This document shows positions 24,150 to 36,670 of a DNA stretch of 64,000 nucleotides, in pieces; position 1 is the first letter of the stretch; the number at the start of each line of letters is the position of its first letter. Where the stretch lies: the NCBI GenBank assembly GCA_964036045.1, contig OZ038378.1:176142001-176206000 (forward strand), read 5' to 3'. The notes below the pieces were generated by a model. That model was given only the letters and a program-made list of their open reading frames with translations. It was not told the origin of the DNA and searched no databases. The DNA is from Eutreptiella sp. 'Long Island Sound 2002' (lineage: Eukaryota; Protista; Euglenida). The position numbers and the translations under genes were made by a program.

Positions 24150-24880
24150 CGCTTCAGGCTCGCGAGGAAGCACCCTACCGAGAAACCAGGGCGTGCCAGC
24201 CACCCGATGCGTCCCAGCAGCCGTTGCAGGGGCTTGCACGTGTAGCGGGACAGGCTGAACGCAACACAGCGGCACCCTTGGGCTTATGCGCCACGCGGAG
24301 TCTATCTAGGCTGAGCTGCTTCCCCATCCACGCAAGGGGCTGGGTGGCATCCAGGTCGGACTTAGGGCTGACAAGGAATCCTTTTCGGGTCAGATGCGCC
24401 GTTGTGTCACGTGCTGCTTGCGTGGTCAGCAAGTGGTCCCGGCCTACAAAAAGAATATCATACAGATACTGAACAATGACGACCTGCATGTCATGAAGTT
24501 AAGACAACAATGCCCCAATAAGGTGCTACACTAGGCCAGGCGCTTGATGTCAGCCAAACGGCACACGCACCAGGGCATAGGTGGTGCCAGCTGCGGCCAC
24601 CCGAACAACACCCGCCATAGCAGGGGGAAGGTGCACGCTCCAGTAGAAGTTGCTCAGGTCTATTTTAGCCCCCCCCCCCCCCGCGTAGAACTCCCGCGAG
24701 GCCCTCACTCGAGGGCAGTTGGAACGGCCTCACCTTGAATGAGCAGGCATGATTGAAGGCCTTCATATCAATAATGAGGGCGCACTTCACAACACCTTTG
24801 TACTTTACAAAGGCGCGTGCATTCGGGGATAGCGGGGATTTATGGATGAGCCCGTCTGCATGCAACGTGCGCAGCAGCAC
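24150..24880 (-). pseudogene. DIRS-type reverse transcriptase (inverted relative to gag/YR/RH)
   Basis: SPNARAFVKYK...ALIIDMKAFN...PFQLPS; LFGWP; QYLYDILFVG (YLDD-derived); GFLVSPKSDL...WMG; LQRLLGRIGWLARP. Confidence 0.82.
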
Positions 24881-25899
24881 TGCTACCTTAGGGGACGACG
24901 ACTTTTGGGCTGCTGGGGCTTTCTTACCCGCCTGTTAGGAGTGGGTCAGCCCACTTGGTCCAAAGGTTGTCTGGGACCTGCGCCGAACCCGCCGGGCCAA
25001 TTCCCCGGTCCGCGAGCTCAATGGTAACAGCGTTCCCATCCCCAGGTTGAGGTAAGGACGCTTCGTCAGGTGGGCCATGTGTTGCCAAGTGGTGAAGCGT
25101 GTCATGCAGTAGGGCCTCGTCTTTTGGGCTACCTTGGGCCTATCTAGCGCCTCGTGGTGCGACTGTGCCCACCACATACGCAACAAGCTATCCGCCCGAC
25201 CGTGGTCCACAAATGCCTTGACCGCCGTCAACATTGCCGTGTCCAAGATGTGCTCACTTATTGGCTTTCCGCACCTCCGGCAGGCATTTTGGGGCGAAGA
25301 CCAGTTGCCCCTGCCCCGTCCCTGGTCCGGCCATGGCAAGTGGGTCGCTGACGGCTTGTGCTTGCGGGCTGTACCATCTCTTGTTGAGAACAATCTGCGG
25401 ACGAAACACCGTTGCGGGATCGGCGGGCCTTGGGTGTGCTTAGCCGGACTCGAACGCGCACGCGGGGCCTGTGTCGTGCCTTGCTGGCGGTCCAGAGCGC
25501 GCGCACATAGTCCCCATCCGTCCGGGGCCACTCCACGATTTGTGCTAAGGGTTCCCAGTACCCCATCGTCGGAATCGTCCCCTTCGTCATCACTGTTGAC
25601 CATGATGATAATAGGGGGGGGGTGCGCGTGTGGCTTCGCCTGGGACCTCACTGGGAGCGCAGTGTGTTCCGTTTGCCGTGTGTAGGGGCCTTTGCTGCGG
25701 GGAGTCGTGGGTGGGAACCACAACCGACTGAAGGTCCGGTGATTCGCGTGCACACTAATGCCGCCGCTTGCCTGTGCGCGCCAGCGGGGTTCTTTGTAGG
25801 GGTATGGAGCTCTAAAGGGCCGATTATCCGCAGGTGCCCACACTAGATCCCTTGTTTGTGCTCAAACAATTGTTTGCCTTTTCATTCTCACCCAGTCTG

Positions 25900-26210
25900 A
25901 GTTACATGATTTGTCCTGTTTTGGTGCAGTGTGTTCCTACCCCCTTGGCAAACAATAGCCAACAGTCCGCTGAGCTGTTCGGGGTTTTGTGTGCCCTTGA
26001 TGTTGCACGGAGTTCATGCTGAAAGCATGTAGACCTAGTGAGGGATAACGTGGGCGCGATAGCCCAAGTCCTCTGGGGCCGCGCCTCTACGCTGCTAATG
26101 GCCCAGCAGCGTGTCTTGCGTCGCGTCGCGCACCGGTTGCGTTGGCAAGGCGTGTCAGTAAGGCTACGGTATGTCGAAAGCGCCCTTAACCCTGCTGACT
26201 GTGTCAGCCG
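25900..26210 (+). pseudogene. DIRS-type RNase H, C-terminal two-thirds
   Basis: SQQSAELFGVLCAL...DNVGAIAQVLWGRAS...QQRVLRR...YVESALNPADCVSRW (AEL / DN / NPADxxSR motifs); first Asp motif missing. Confidence 0.8.
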
Positions 26211-28780
26211 CTGGGCGGGGGGTGGGGGGGGGGGGGGCAACATGGTTGTGGAGGCACATGCTAAGGCTAGGGTCTATGGCCAGCGTCCGGGTTGGTTTGG
26301 GGAACAGTGGGGGACCGCGATAAACGGCTCGAGCTGTGGAACGGGGTCTTGGTGGGTGGGTGGGACGTGGAGTGCTGTTGCCCCCTGTGCATCTCACTGC
26401 ATGTCCGCACCTCTCCCCATCCCTCCGCTTATCGTTACGCTGACAACCGCGGCCGCCTCACGGCCGAAAGGCTACAGGCGGTCCCATGCACCTGCGGGCG
26501 CGCAGCCGAATGGATGTTTTTTTCCGCCCCTCTGCCCGCGCACATTGCGGAGAGGGCTGTGGCGGCGACCAAGGTGCGGCCACCGAGGGCGGCGAGCCTT
26601 GTTGGTGTGCCTGAAGCCGGCACACAGCACCTTGCCGCTGCGCGGGCCCGTGCCATGGTGGCCCCTTCCGCTGCCGAGCAGGCCATGAGCGCAATGTTGC
26701 GTGTGGAGCTGGAGCACGTCCTGGCAGGACAAGGGTCACGGGCCACCCGTGAGCACCGCGAGAGGCGCATACGCGGGGGCAACCACCGAGGAGCAGAGCG
26801 CCGGAGGCTGCCCGGGCAGACGATGCCCCAACCCGGCGCTGCCGCCTCACCAATGCTCTGTGAGGACAGGGACAGTGGGGTAGCCCCCTGGAAGTGGCCG
26901 CGCCAGGACCGCTCGGAGGCCCCGGGGCGGCGGCGCCAAGTGGCAGTGGCAACAGCCGCCAGCCCGCTACCCCGCGCCCCCGCCAGCGCCCAGTCCAGTG
27001 CCCCGACCAATGGCAGCGTGTGGGCCGTGGGAGGCAGAGGCTACACAGCTGACAGTTCCTCACTCTCCGACGATTGGTCGGCACTGCTCAGCCTAGCAAT
27101 TAAGCTATTGACATATGTATTTGCTGACTAGCTCTTGGGAAGGGGGGGGGGGTGGGTCCCTTTGTGTTGTACCTTACTCCTGCTCCACGATGGTTATGCA
27201 CCACCGTGGCCGATTATATATCGTGGCGCTTGAACGACCATGTGGACCGCTTACCGCAGTGCCGGCTCTAAGCGGACGGAGGCTGACTGGTTTGGGCGAC
27301 CAGCCCACTTGGCCCTGCCCGTGCCCAGGGATGGGCCACACTTGTGCTTTCCTGCCTACCCTCCATCCATTGCCTGACTCTGACCGCGGCATGGTTTGGT
27401 ACCAAAGGTGCGTTTACATGCCTCTTGAGTGTTCGCACGGACCGAACTTATGTAGTAGGGGGGGTGGGGGGGCACACCCTTATATATCGCTGGCGCGTCC
27501 CCATAAGTGGTGGGTGGTCGTGGTTGGTGGCATGGTTATTTTCCCCTTGAGTTGCATATTGCAGGTTTGTTGCTGTTTGCTTGGTGTCAGGGCGGAGCAG
27601 GGCAGGACAGCGTCACAGTACCTACAGTACATGCAAAACTTGAGACACAAGTGGTAGCACCAGTTGATTGCTAAACTGCGGCAATATGGTGAGTTGTGTT
27701 GTGCGGAGTTTTCTTAGGAGGCTAAATTGTTGTTGGATGGTGTGGAGAGCATGGGCCCTAAGAGAGCATGCTTATCGCAGCCACACTGATTTGCCGTGTT
27801 TGTTCAGCCATCACCGTGTCTAGTTTTGTTGAATTTTGATGAATTTTGGTGGAATTTTGCTGAAGTTTGTTGCAGTTGCAGGGATTTTGTATGTGTTGTG
27901 CACTATATTTCATCACGTGAGTTGCTCATTTCTCGTTTGCCGGAACTAATGAGGGCTCTGTGAGCCGAGACTTGAGTATTCAGTAGACCGTGAGGAATTT
28001 CTTTGTGTTGAACCCGCTCGCTGCGTTGAGGTTTACTTCATGTTGTTTTACACGGAGGGCAAACACGCAGTCCCTATGATTTTGTTAAAAAGAAAATTGA
28101 CGCCACTGCTTGGAAAATGCGCATCAATTTACACAGTGTGGGGGCTAGGGGCGAAAAAGCTTGTAAACCCCTGTAAATAGCCGGCTTGCACAATCTTTTG
28201 GGCAATTTAAGGCAGACAGAGCCACCCCCGGCTGCCAGAAACCCCTTCTCTGCGTCTGCTGGCGATGGCTAGACGCTCTTTGGGCCCCCACACCATAGCA
28301 AAGTCATGGACCCCAAGATTTCCTTTGGCGTGGGGGTAGGGATGGATGATTGTGCCACTAGCGCTTGTCCTGCTCCATTAACGTAACCCGCACGATGATC
28401 CCAAGCAGTTACTAGTCGGTTGGTGCCAACCGCGGGCGGGGGCGGGGGGGTTGGGTGCCGTACGCCCATCCTCCCCAGTCCTTTTCAACTTTCCACCCCC
28501 AAAATAGGGGGGGGGGGTACCTCTAAGCCCGCCCCCCCCTCGAAAACAATCATGGACTACATGCCTGCGGTGCCGTGCGGTCTATCTAAAACCTGACCAG
28601 AACAGCCAAAAAAAAGTCAAACCGTCAACCATAATGGCCAAATTTTGAAAAAATATGGTTCCAGACCCCCCACCCCTAACCCATACATCCCTTTTCAAGG
28701 GCTTTCCAAATTACCCCACATACCCTCCCACGGGACACTTGGGGCAAACCGTGAGAACCCCGGGGGGGGGGGGGGTACGG

Positions 28781-28944
28781 CAAGTACACACTGGCAGCAT
28801 GTGTACAGTTATATCGGGGTTGTTGGCCATGAACAGGCTGATCGCCTTGCTAATGACGGGCGCCTACACCACCCGGGTAGGCTGCAATACTTTCGGGATT
28901 GCCAAACCTGCCGGGCGTTGTTGGCTCTGGCCCTTATTCCGTGA
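28781..28944 (+). pseudogene. LINE 3'-end fragment (RNase H C-terminus)
   Basis: WQHVYSYIGVVGHEQADRLANDGR resembles WxHVxSHxGxxGNExADxLA. Confidence 0.6.
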
Positions 28945-29545
28945 GGCCTCTCGCCTCTCACTTGAGATCTGTGGTACTCTGCAGCCGTTTGGTTTGTTTG
29001 TAGCGGCGCTTAACTGGTTTTGCATGTTCTGCTGCGGGGGTTTGGGCCTGACCATTGATGCTCTCCACAGCACCACTCAGCGGTTCTGAGACGTGTAGGT
29101 CGAGCCCCCTCCCCTCCTTCCCCCTCCTCTTTCTATTTTCACATACTCTATGGTTGGTTGGATGGCGGCTCCGCAGTGAGCCAGCAGGGCAGATATGATT
29201 GCTTGCTCATGTCTGCCCTACAGTAGCATAGTAGGAAGTGGGGGGGGGGGGTGCCTCCACCTGCCCCCCCCCCCCCTGAATTCCGCAGGGATGCATAGGG
29301 ATGTTCAACATTCCCAAATCCTAGCACTGCAGCAAACCAACAGTTCTGAGTTCGGCCCTGCTGGGGGCAGCCCTACTGGGCTTCGGATCTCCCATATGTA
29401 CAGGGTGCTGACAACATACCACAGCTCCTGGCCCTGGCCCTGTCATCCCGCCAAGGTGCAACAACACACACATTGCATGCGCACACGCCCTACCTCTCCC
29501 CACAGACCACCTCGCATTTTGAGCAAGATTGGAATTGATACCTTG

Positions 29546-29860
<315 letters not shown>

Positions 29861-31664
29861 GTCTGAAACGAACGCGAGTCCGAGTCCAGTGGACCCCCCT
29901 GAACTGCCTATGGCATGAACTGAGCGTGGAGTGAAACACCCCCATTGCGGGGCAATTGGCAATTGGCACACACACATGCGCTATTTGAGGCTGAATGACA
30001 TGGCAGTTGCGCAATGTCCTCCTCAGAATCTATCGCGGTGGTATGTGGTATGTGGGGGGGAGGGGGCAGGCAGACGCTTCCCTATGGTGCCTCTCACGTA
30101 ATAGACATTACTGCCCAGCGCCAAAAGGTCAGGGTTCATTGCCACGTGTATTAGGCAAAGCGAAGGAGGCAAAAAACATAATCACACCGATGTTTTCGAA
30201 TGCACAAGGTGCCCTGCTGCCCACTCTCAGACCCCAACATTCTTAGTTCCACCCAAACACAACAATTGGCCACCCATTGGTGATGCTATGGCCCCTATGA
30301 CCGCTTTTGGGCATCATTCCATGGTGCCGTTGTTCTACGCCAACCGGGTCTCAGTTGCACCGTGTGCCCGCACCGCACATCAGGGACCCTCTTTTAGGAA
30401 GTGCGTGCGGATCGGTGGTGTTGGTGGGCAACGATCACGGGGGCAATGTTCCCAGTTGTTTTCACAACCGCCATATTGTCCCGAGAAGCCCAGGGAAACA
30501 GGTCACGGGTTTCAGGGAGAAGCTGGGTCGGGGGTGGAGGGACCTACAAAAGCTCTTAGTGAAAGGCAGCAGGACCAGTGAAAAAGATAATGCATTGCAG
30601 AGCATAATGGCTGCCCTGGGTATTTGCATTGACAATTTACAGACCTGGCGCCATGTGCAACAGATGCAGAGACACAACAGCATATGACTTTGAAATTGTG
30701 AAAACCCCGATGAAAAACGACCAAGCCAAAAGGCCATCCGGAATGCACAAAATCCACTCAGGAGCTTGACAACAACAGTATCTGACATGTACCGTACAAT
30801 GAAATTTACATGATTGAGCCCCCACATTCCCAATTCAACAGTGACTGAACAACCTTTGTTAGCAATTCCTCCAATGCACCAGACTGCAGACTTTCATACC
30901 TGTGAAAAGGACCCTGTATCCAATAATTCGTTGGAATTTTTTGAGATCATTGAACGTTGCCTGCCCAAAGCAAGACCAATCTTCTTCGGTTCTGGATGGA
31001 TCTGAAAAGCCAACCATTTCAAAACGGGGGGCGGGTTCCCAGGAAAAGCAAACTGAAAGCAGCCAGAAATCGGCCTAGTGCGCTTGGTGCCAAGAGTGAG
31101 ACAAGAAGGAGCCTATCCCTGTGTAAGCCCGGAATCCCGTTGGAGGAGTGGTTGTCGATTGACACGTGTGCAGTTTGTCCTGAGAAGCCACCAACCCTAG
31201 AGTACCCAGGTCCGCAGGAAAGAAGTGGTGCTTGCGACTACACTCCAAAGAGACCCCAAAAGGTTGCTACCCCTGGGGGGGGGGGGGCTTTCCACCTTGA
31301 AAGGTGCAGAGTGGGGTCCTGGCTATCAGGAGTTGCCCAATGCATCAATCTCAGTAAGCATTTGCTGGCAGGGACTTCGGGAATCCCGAGCACCTGTGTC
31401 CCAGGGAGTGCCCCCCCCAAACTCACGCCATCCATAGCCCCCCCCACCCCCGGCGTTAAATTTAAACCCCCCGGCGTTCCGCTCAGTTGGAAGGGGAGAA
31501 GTGGGGGAGGGGAGGGGTTTCCATAAGGCTGCCCGGTTACCGCATAGAGGTGAGGCAGGGGGCGCAAAGAGGGGGGCAGTGTAGGGGCGGGTGTGCAGTC
31601 TCCCGCAACATCGCTCTGTTGCACTGCAAGCTAAGATTTGTGCAGCCCTGGGACCCGTTTGCAG

Positions 31665-31964
31665 AGCGATGCTACGGAGGTTAAGGAGGCCTTTGATGAC
31701 GGCATCATCCCTAACATTCAGTCCTCAATGGACGACGAGTTCGACGATTTGTTGGAGGAGCACCTGCACAAGCTCGGCCCTCCTCCGGGCCTTACAGGAG
31801 CCGCAGCCCCTGCAGCTCCATCAAAGCCGGTGGCTACGGCACCCCAAGCGCCGCGGGATACGGAGGGCTCGCCGCCCCCGCCCGCGGCAGCGGGTGACGG
31901 GTTCGTGGAAATTGCCGTTCAGGACCGCGATGTGGGCCCGGCCGATGCCTTTGGCTTTGCGGAG
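31665..31964 (+). CDS. Candidate exon of the unknown acidic/Pro-rich protein
   Basis: gtttgcag|AGC...GAG|gtggtt, phase 0/0: SDATEVKEAFDDGIIPNIQSSMDDEFDDLLEEHLHKLGPPPG...AFGFAE. Confidence 0.6.
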
Positions 31965-32554
31965 GTGGTTGTGCAGGATTGGGCCGCACAGCAGACCGCA
32001 GGTGCAGCGCCCTGCCATCGTGCTGCACTGCTACCCCCCTGGGCCGTGATGCACTGGCTCGTTGTGGCATATCATGGCCTGGTCTTTCAGTTGCTCTCCC
32101 CAGCCCCCCACTCAGGCTCAGGAGGGGCCGGTGGGTGGTCTGCCCTTGTGGCCCCCCCAACCTAACGGGGCTGTAGCGCCGCAACCTGAGAGTCTTCCCT
32201 GGCAGGGTCCCAGGGCGGGGACGTGCTCTGCGCGCCCTGCCAACCCTTCTACTGCTTGAGGCGTGCCTCAGGCCGTGGGATGTTGGGCCCAGCCGAATCT
32301 GGCAGCACCACCTGCGCCGTATGGCAGTCAAGGAGTCTGTGACCCGCCAGTCTTTGCCAGAGGCCGGGGCTGGCCCCGTGCCTGAGCAGTAGTGGGTTGG
32401 CTTGGCAGTATGTCGCTGTGACCTGGAGGCTGCGTAGCCGTGGCACGTTCCTCACCTGGCAGGCCCAGCGTAAGGCTCCCCTGGCCTCACCAATGGGGCG
32501 GTACCCGCAAGGGTTTATCCTTGTAATGGCTGCCTCCCACGAACTGGTTACATT

Positions 32555-32586
<32 letters not shown>

Positions 32587-32841
32587 GTGTTGGTGTTGGT
32601 GTCGGTGTGTTTTTCTGGTGTTGTTGTTGCCGCCGCTGTTGTTGTCGCTGCTGCTGCAACCGTTGGTATCCATGTTGCTCGTTGTGCTTCGTGTTACCCC
32701 GGGCTGCATATGCTGTGCGTGCTCGTTTGCGTGAAATTCAACCACAGACGGTCTGCAGACGGGGTGTGTTGACCGCTGGAACAGCGATCGTGTGCGGTGC
32801 TTCGGTCTGCAGACCCTCGTCCATCGCCTGCCCGCCAAGAG

Positions 32842-32922
32842 GACTCGGAGGACGAGGACGAGGAGGAGGAAGAGGAGGAGGAAGGGGAGATGGATGCGGC
32901 CATCAAGGAGGCTCTGCAGCAG
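32842..32922 (+). CDS. Candidate poly-Glu exon of the unknown gene
   Basis: DSEDEDEEEEEEEEGEMDAAIKEALQQ|gtgtgc. Acceptor is ambiguous (ccaag|ag|gac); the phase-0 choice was used. Confidence 0.5.
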
Positions 32923-33331
32923 GTGTGCCATGCAGAGCAGCTGTTCTGCACATCCCTCGTCGTCGGCGTGCCCCGCTTCGCCCGCTCTGCCTTGCCGCGT
33001 GTCACTGACACGAATGGATCCTGCGCAGCAGCACCGCAGATCCAAATGGCACGATCGAACTTGACACTGCGTTGCAAATGTGCCTCTCCGAATAGCCAAT
33101 GCCCACCAGCACACTCTGGGCCCCTGTATAATCTCGGTTGCCCTCAACACCCTCTTGTCTCAGCATGCCACGACGGATGGGGCGTGATGTCTGTGGGCTC
33201 GAGGCGATCCCATTGCTCATGCCGCTCTTTTCTCCGGCATTAGGCTGACGGCGCCGATCTCTCGTTCTCCTGCGGGCTGTCTGCTCCCGTGGCCTATCGG
33301 CTGCTGTCGTGCTTGTGGTCCGCTCAGTTGC

Positions 33332-33746
33332 TGGGGAAGTAGGGCTTTCAACTGGGGGCTGGGGGGTCAATAAAGCCCCCCAAAACGGGGGGGGATGGTC
33401 TGGGAAAAGGGCTCAATGGACAGGACCATTCAATCAGTTATTAGGAACTCTGGCTCTGAAGGCGCCGAAAAGCTTTTTGAGCATTAAAAATGGTCAAATT
33501 TTTGTTTCACCAAATCCTCGGCAAATGATGACTTTTCTGAACCCCCTCAACGTGCTGATTCCAAAAATCCCATTTTCATTTTTTGCCGATTTTTCGGTCT
33601 GGGTCACCTCCGAGGCCCGGGGGTCAGTCTCGGTAGGATTTTGGGGGTCCCGTCAATTGAGCCCCTTTGGGGGGGGGGGGGGGGGCTAACCAGGGGGCTC
33701 TATCGACCCCCCCCTCCCCAAAGAAAGCCCGCCTACCCCTATTGCC
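33332..33746. mobile_element. MITE-like element with ~45-bp imperfect TIR
   Basis: ggggggtcaataaagccccc (33361) vs gggggctctatcgacccccc (~33693-33712), 18/20 inverted match, extending outward; no TSD resolved. Confidence 0.5.
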
Positions 33747-34993
33747 GGATGCACCGGCTCCTTAGAAAGACGGGAAAGCATAAACGAAACAATTCACAAA
33801 GAGTTGGGGTCAAACCCAAAGCTACACGGCCTCCGCCGCCTGGACTCCATCGGGCAGTCGACGGACAGGGTCAACGTGCGTTCGTGAGCCTGACGGGGCT
33901 GCAGCTGGGCGGGCTACAGGCCGGCATTGCAAGTGCCTTGGGACTCCTGCCGAGGTGCTTTCCGCCCTCCCGCCGCTCTCCAGGGATTGGACCTGCAGGC
34001 CTGCGCAGCCCTGACGATCTCCGCCCCTGACACGAAGACGGATGCACGTGATCAGGCATGTGTGCGCGTCTGTGCACGCATTGCCAGAACAGCATGCCCC
34101 CCCGTCAAGGGTGTGTTAGACTGGCTGACACGCGTCGGCGGAATAACCGCCCTTCGCCCTGCCCCCCCCCCCCCCGCCAGACCCAGAATTTGCAGTGGGA
34201 AAAAATGAAGTTTACGGAAGCAAAAATCGCTTTGGGCCATGTTTGGGACACAAACATTTGGGTTCCGGACCGCCTCACCTCCCTCACTCACTCCTCTCTT
34301 CTAATGTATCTGGTTGCTCCCCGTGTGGGGGGCATTGGTGGAGTCAGGAACCAAGACCGCGAACGTTGCTGAGACCCGTTGCACTCCACAGACTCTGGCA
34401 CAGGAATACCCATTGACGGCGATGTTCTTGTCGCCGCCTCAGCACGTCCACGAGCACATTGTCAGCTTTGTTTAGACTCCTCGCCGATGCCTGAGACCTT
34501 CCCGTTCTCTGCCGCTGTGGTGACAAATGGAACAACTGATTGCTGTTTGACGCCGCATTGTGTGAAGCCGCACGGGACTAGACATCGTCTTTCCTGCCTC
34601 GAACCGCTTTGCCAATCAACATGAGGACCACCAGCAGCCCTTCACGGGTTGACACCTGCTCGTACCTCGCACCTTGTCAGCAGCTGTGCTAATGTGCCCT
34701 TAATGATGCCTGGCATTAGCGCTCATCGTGGGTACGTCAGGTTCTGGCTGCGGCGAGGGGAGTGCAGGCAGCCTTCCTATCTATTCCCATCTTTCCACCG
34801 CGGCGTGCAGCCTGCTGCCATCCACAAGGCATACAGCACGTCGCCGCCCAGGCGCGATTTCACGACACCTCAGCGTCTTCCTCAGCGTCAGAGTGCATTT
34901 CATGTGTTGTGTGATGGATTGATGAATGTGCCAAGTGGGGTGGTCGCACCTGCCGTCTGCGTCATGCAGACTGTCGCTCTCCGTTGTCTCCAG

Positions 34994-35198
34994 GCCCCTG
35001 CAACGTCGCTTTCGGACGCCACAGGCCCTGCATCCGCATCCGCCGACACCTTTGTCCCTACTGCCCCTATCATTTCCGGATCGTCACCTCCGCCTGCAGT
35101 CTCTGCGCCAGTGGTATACGGTCCCCCGCCTCCACCTACGCCCGAACGACCACCACCAACGTTTGATGATGTTACTGGTTTGTTTGCCGTCCGCGAAG
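34994..35198 (+). CDS. Candidate Pro/Ser-rich exon ending at a GC donor
   Basis: gttgtctccag|GCC (phase 0) ... CGC GAA G|gcaagt (phase 1). The phase matches the 36474 exon (G+AT = Asp). Confidence 0.6.
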
Positions 35199-36473
35199 GC
35201 AAGTGCACGTGTATTCCGATGAACCTGTATCTGCCTTTCTCTCGGTGGTAGCGGGGTCTTTGTGTGTGTGCGTGTGGGTGTATGTGTGCGTGTGTCTGTG
35301 CGTGCTGGTGTGCTCGTGCACGTGGGCAGGCGTGCCTTCGTCTGTGTGTAGTCCAGTACCACCCTCTCCACCAGCACCACTGCCACGAGACATGCAATGG
35401 ATGATGAGCTTGATGTGGTTTGCTCCCTATAATTTCAGGGATATGGAAGAGCCTGTACAGAAGTCAGGTGACCTCTCACGCTGAATGAGGTTCTGACCCT
35501 GCAGAAGAGACAGGGAACAAGCCATAACGCACGCCCCGTCCTCATGCTGAATTAATATGGCGTCTTTATCTGCAAGCTACACAGCTGCGCTGGGAGCCCC
35601 ACAAGGTCTGGTGGCTCTGGCGAGTGCCGGGCCAGCAGGAGGAGCTGCATTTGGTCCCAGAGGACCGCGGGCGCTTGTGCCACCGCGTCCAGGAGAGCGA
35701 GAGGTAGAAGGCGCTGGGCAGGCGCCGGCCGGCCACCTTCGGCGTGCTGGGGGCAGCGGCCCACCGGCGGGCTACAGTCGCTAGGATGGAGAAGATGCAA
35801 GGGGCACAGAGGCGTTCGCCACTGTTGCTCCCAGCGTTGTGAGGGGCACCCAGCGATGGCGGGCGTGTCGTGCCCTGGAGGAGGGGTTGAGGGGGCACAG
35901 CCAGCAAGCGCGGGGGGGTAGGGGGGGCGTCAGCAGAGCACTCTCTTTGGGGCAGGGGCGGTTGTAGTACCGGGGGGCATGGGAGGGGGCCCTGCAAGGG
36001 CATGGGCAGTCCTCAGAGGAAGCGACTTGACCTGGAGGACATCAGTCCTTCCACCGCGACACGATATGCGGGGGGGGCAGGGGTGGGGTTTGGGCCGGCA
36101 TTAGCCGGCCGTATCCAGTAACCCCCTGACCGTCCTTCAGCAAGAGCGTCTGGGGCTTTGAATATCGATAATACAGCGTGCGCACAAACACAGCCTTCGT
36201 TGATCGACACTGTTTGCGTCACCAGGGATTTCGTCCATCACTGTATTGTGCCCTGGCTGGTGGGCGGGACCCCCAAACTCAGGTGGTCCACTGGAGTATG
36301 CCTGGGGTTGGATCAGGTTGGATCGGGAGGGTCAAGGCGAAGGGTAGCAGCGAAAGGCGGAAGAGTTTTAGGGACTGGGGGCGGGTGGGCAAGCAGTTTC
36401 AGGGTCCCCCCCCCCCTGATCTACTGTTTCGCTTTCTTCCCAATGCCAAATCGGACCATTCCCTTGTCTTCAG

Positions 36474-36670
36474 ATGCCATCAGTCAACTGCGCAAGACCA
36501 TCGCGGCCGGCGGTGCTTCACTGGCCCCCGGGAACGCCGCTCCCTCGCGGCTGCTGGACGGCTTCCAGTTCAGTGCCGCACCGCGATTTGCCGCCACAGA
36601 CAAGCGCAGCCCTCAGTTGCTTGCGGAGGTCAATGCCCTGCGGGCGCAGATGGCAGAGCAACGGCTATAA
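36474..36670 (+). CDS. Terminal exon of the unknown gene
   Basis: cccttgtcttcag|at gcc...; (D)AISQLRKTIAAGG...LLAEVNALRAQMAEQRL then TAA; short helical/coiled-coil-like tail. Confidence 0.62.

Larger units (their letters stand above)
22100..27130 (+). mobile_element. Tyrosine-recombinase (DIRS-order) retrotransposon, gag-YR-RT-RNase H organisation, decayed, with internal inversion
   Basis: Gag-like region with zinc knuckles (+), YR (+), RT (-), RNase H (+); see sub-features. Ends are approximate and no terminal repeats were recognised. Confidence 0.8.
19183..28188 (+). mobile_element. Large decayed hAT element (~9 kb) hosting nested insertions
   Basis: 11-bp TIR caagccggcta (19183) / tagccggcttg (28178-28188). 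Near-TSD cactatct vs cacaatct, with 2 extra nt on the left. GTAAATT motifs near the left end and AATTTACAC near the right end. Transposase-like fragments inside. Confidence 0.6.

Noticed and set aside
26292-27131. 279-aa ORF as a separate gene
   Set aside because: GC-rich sequence open in several frames, lying at the 3' part of the YR element; no motif.
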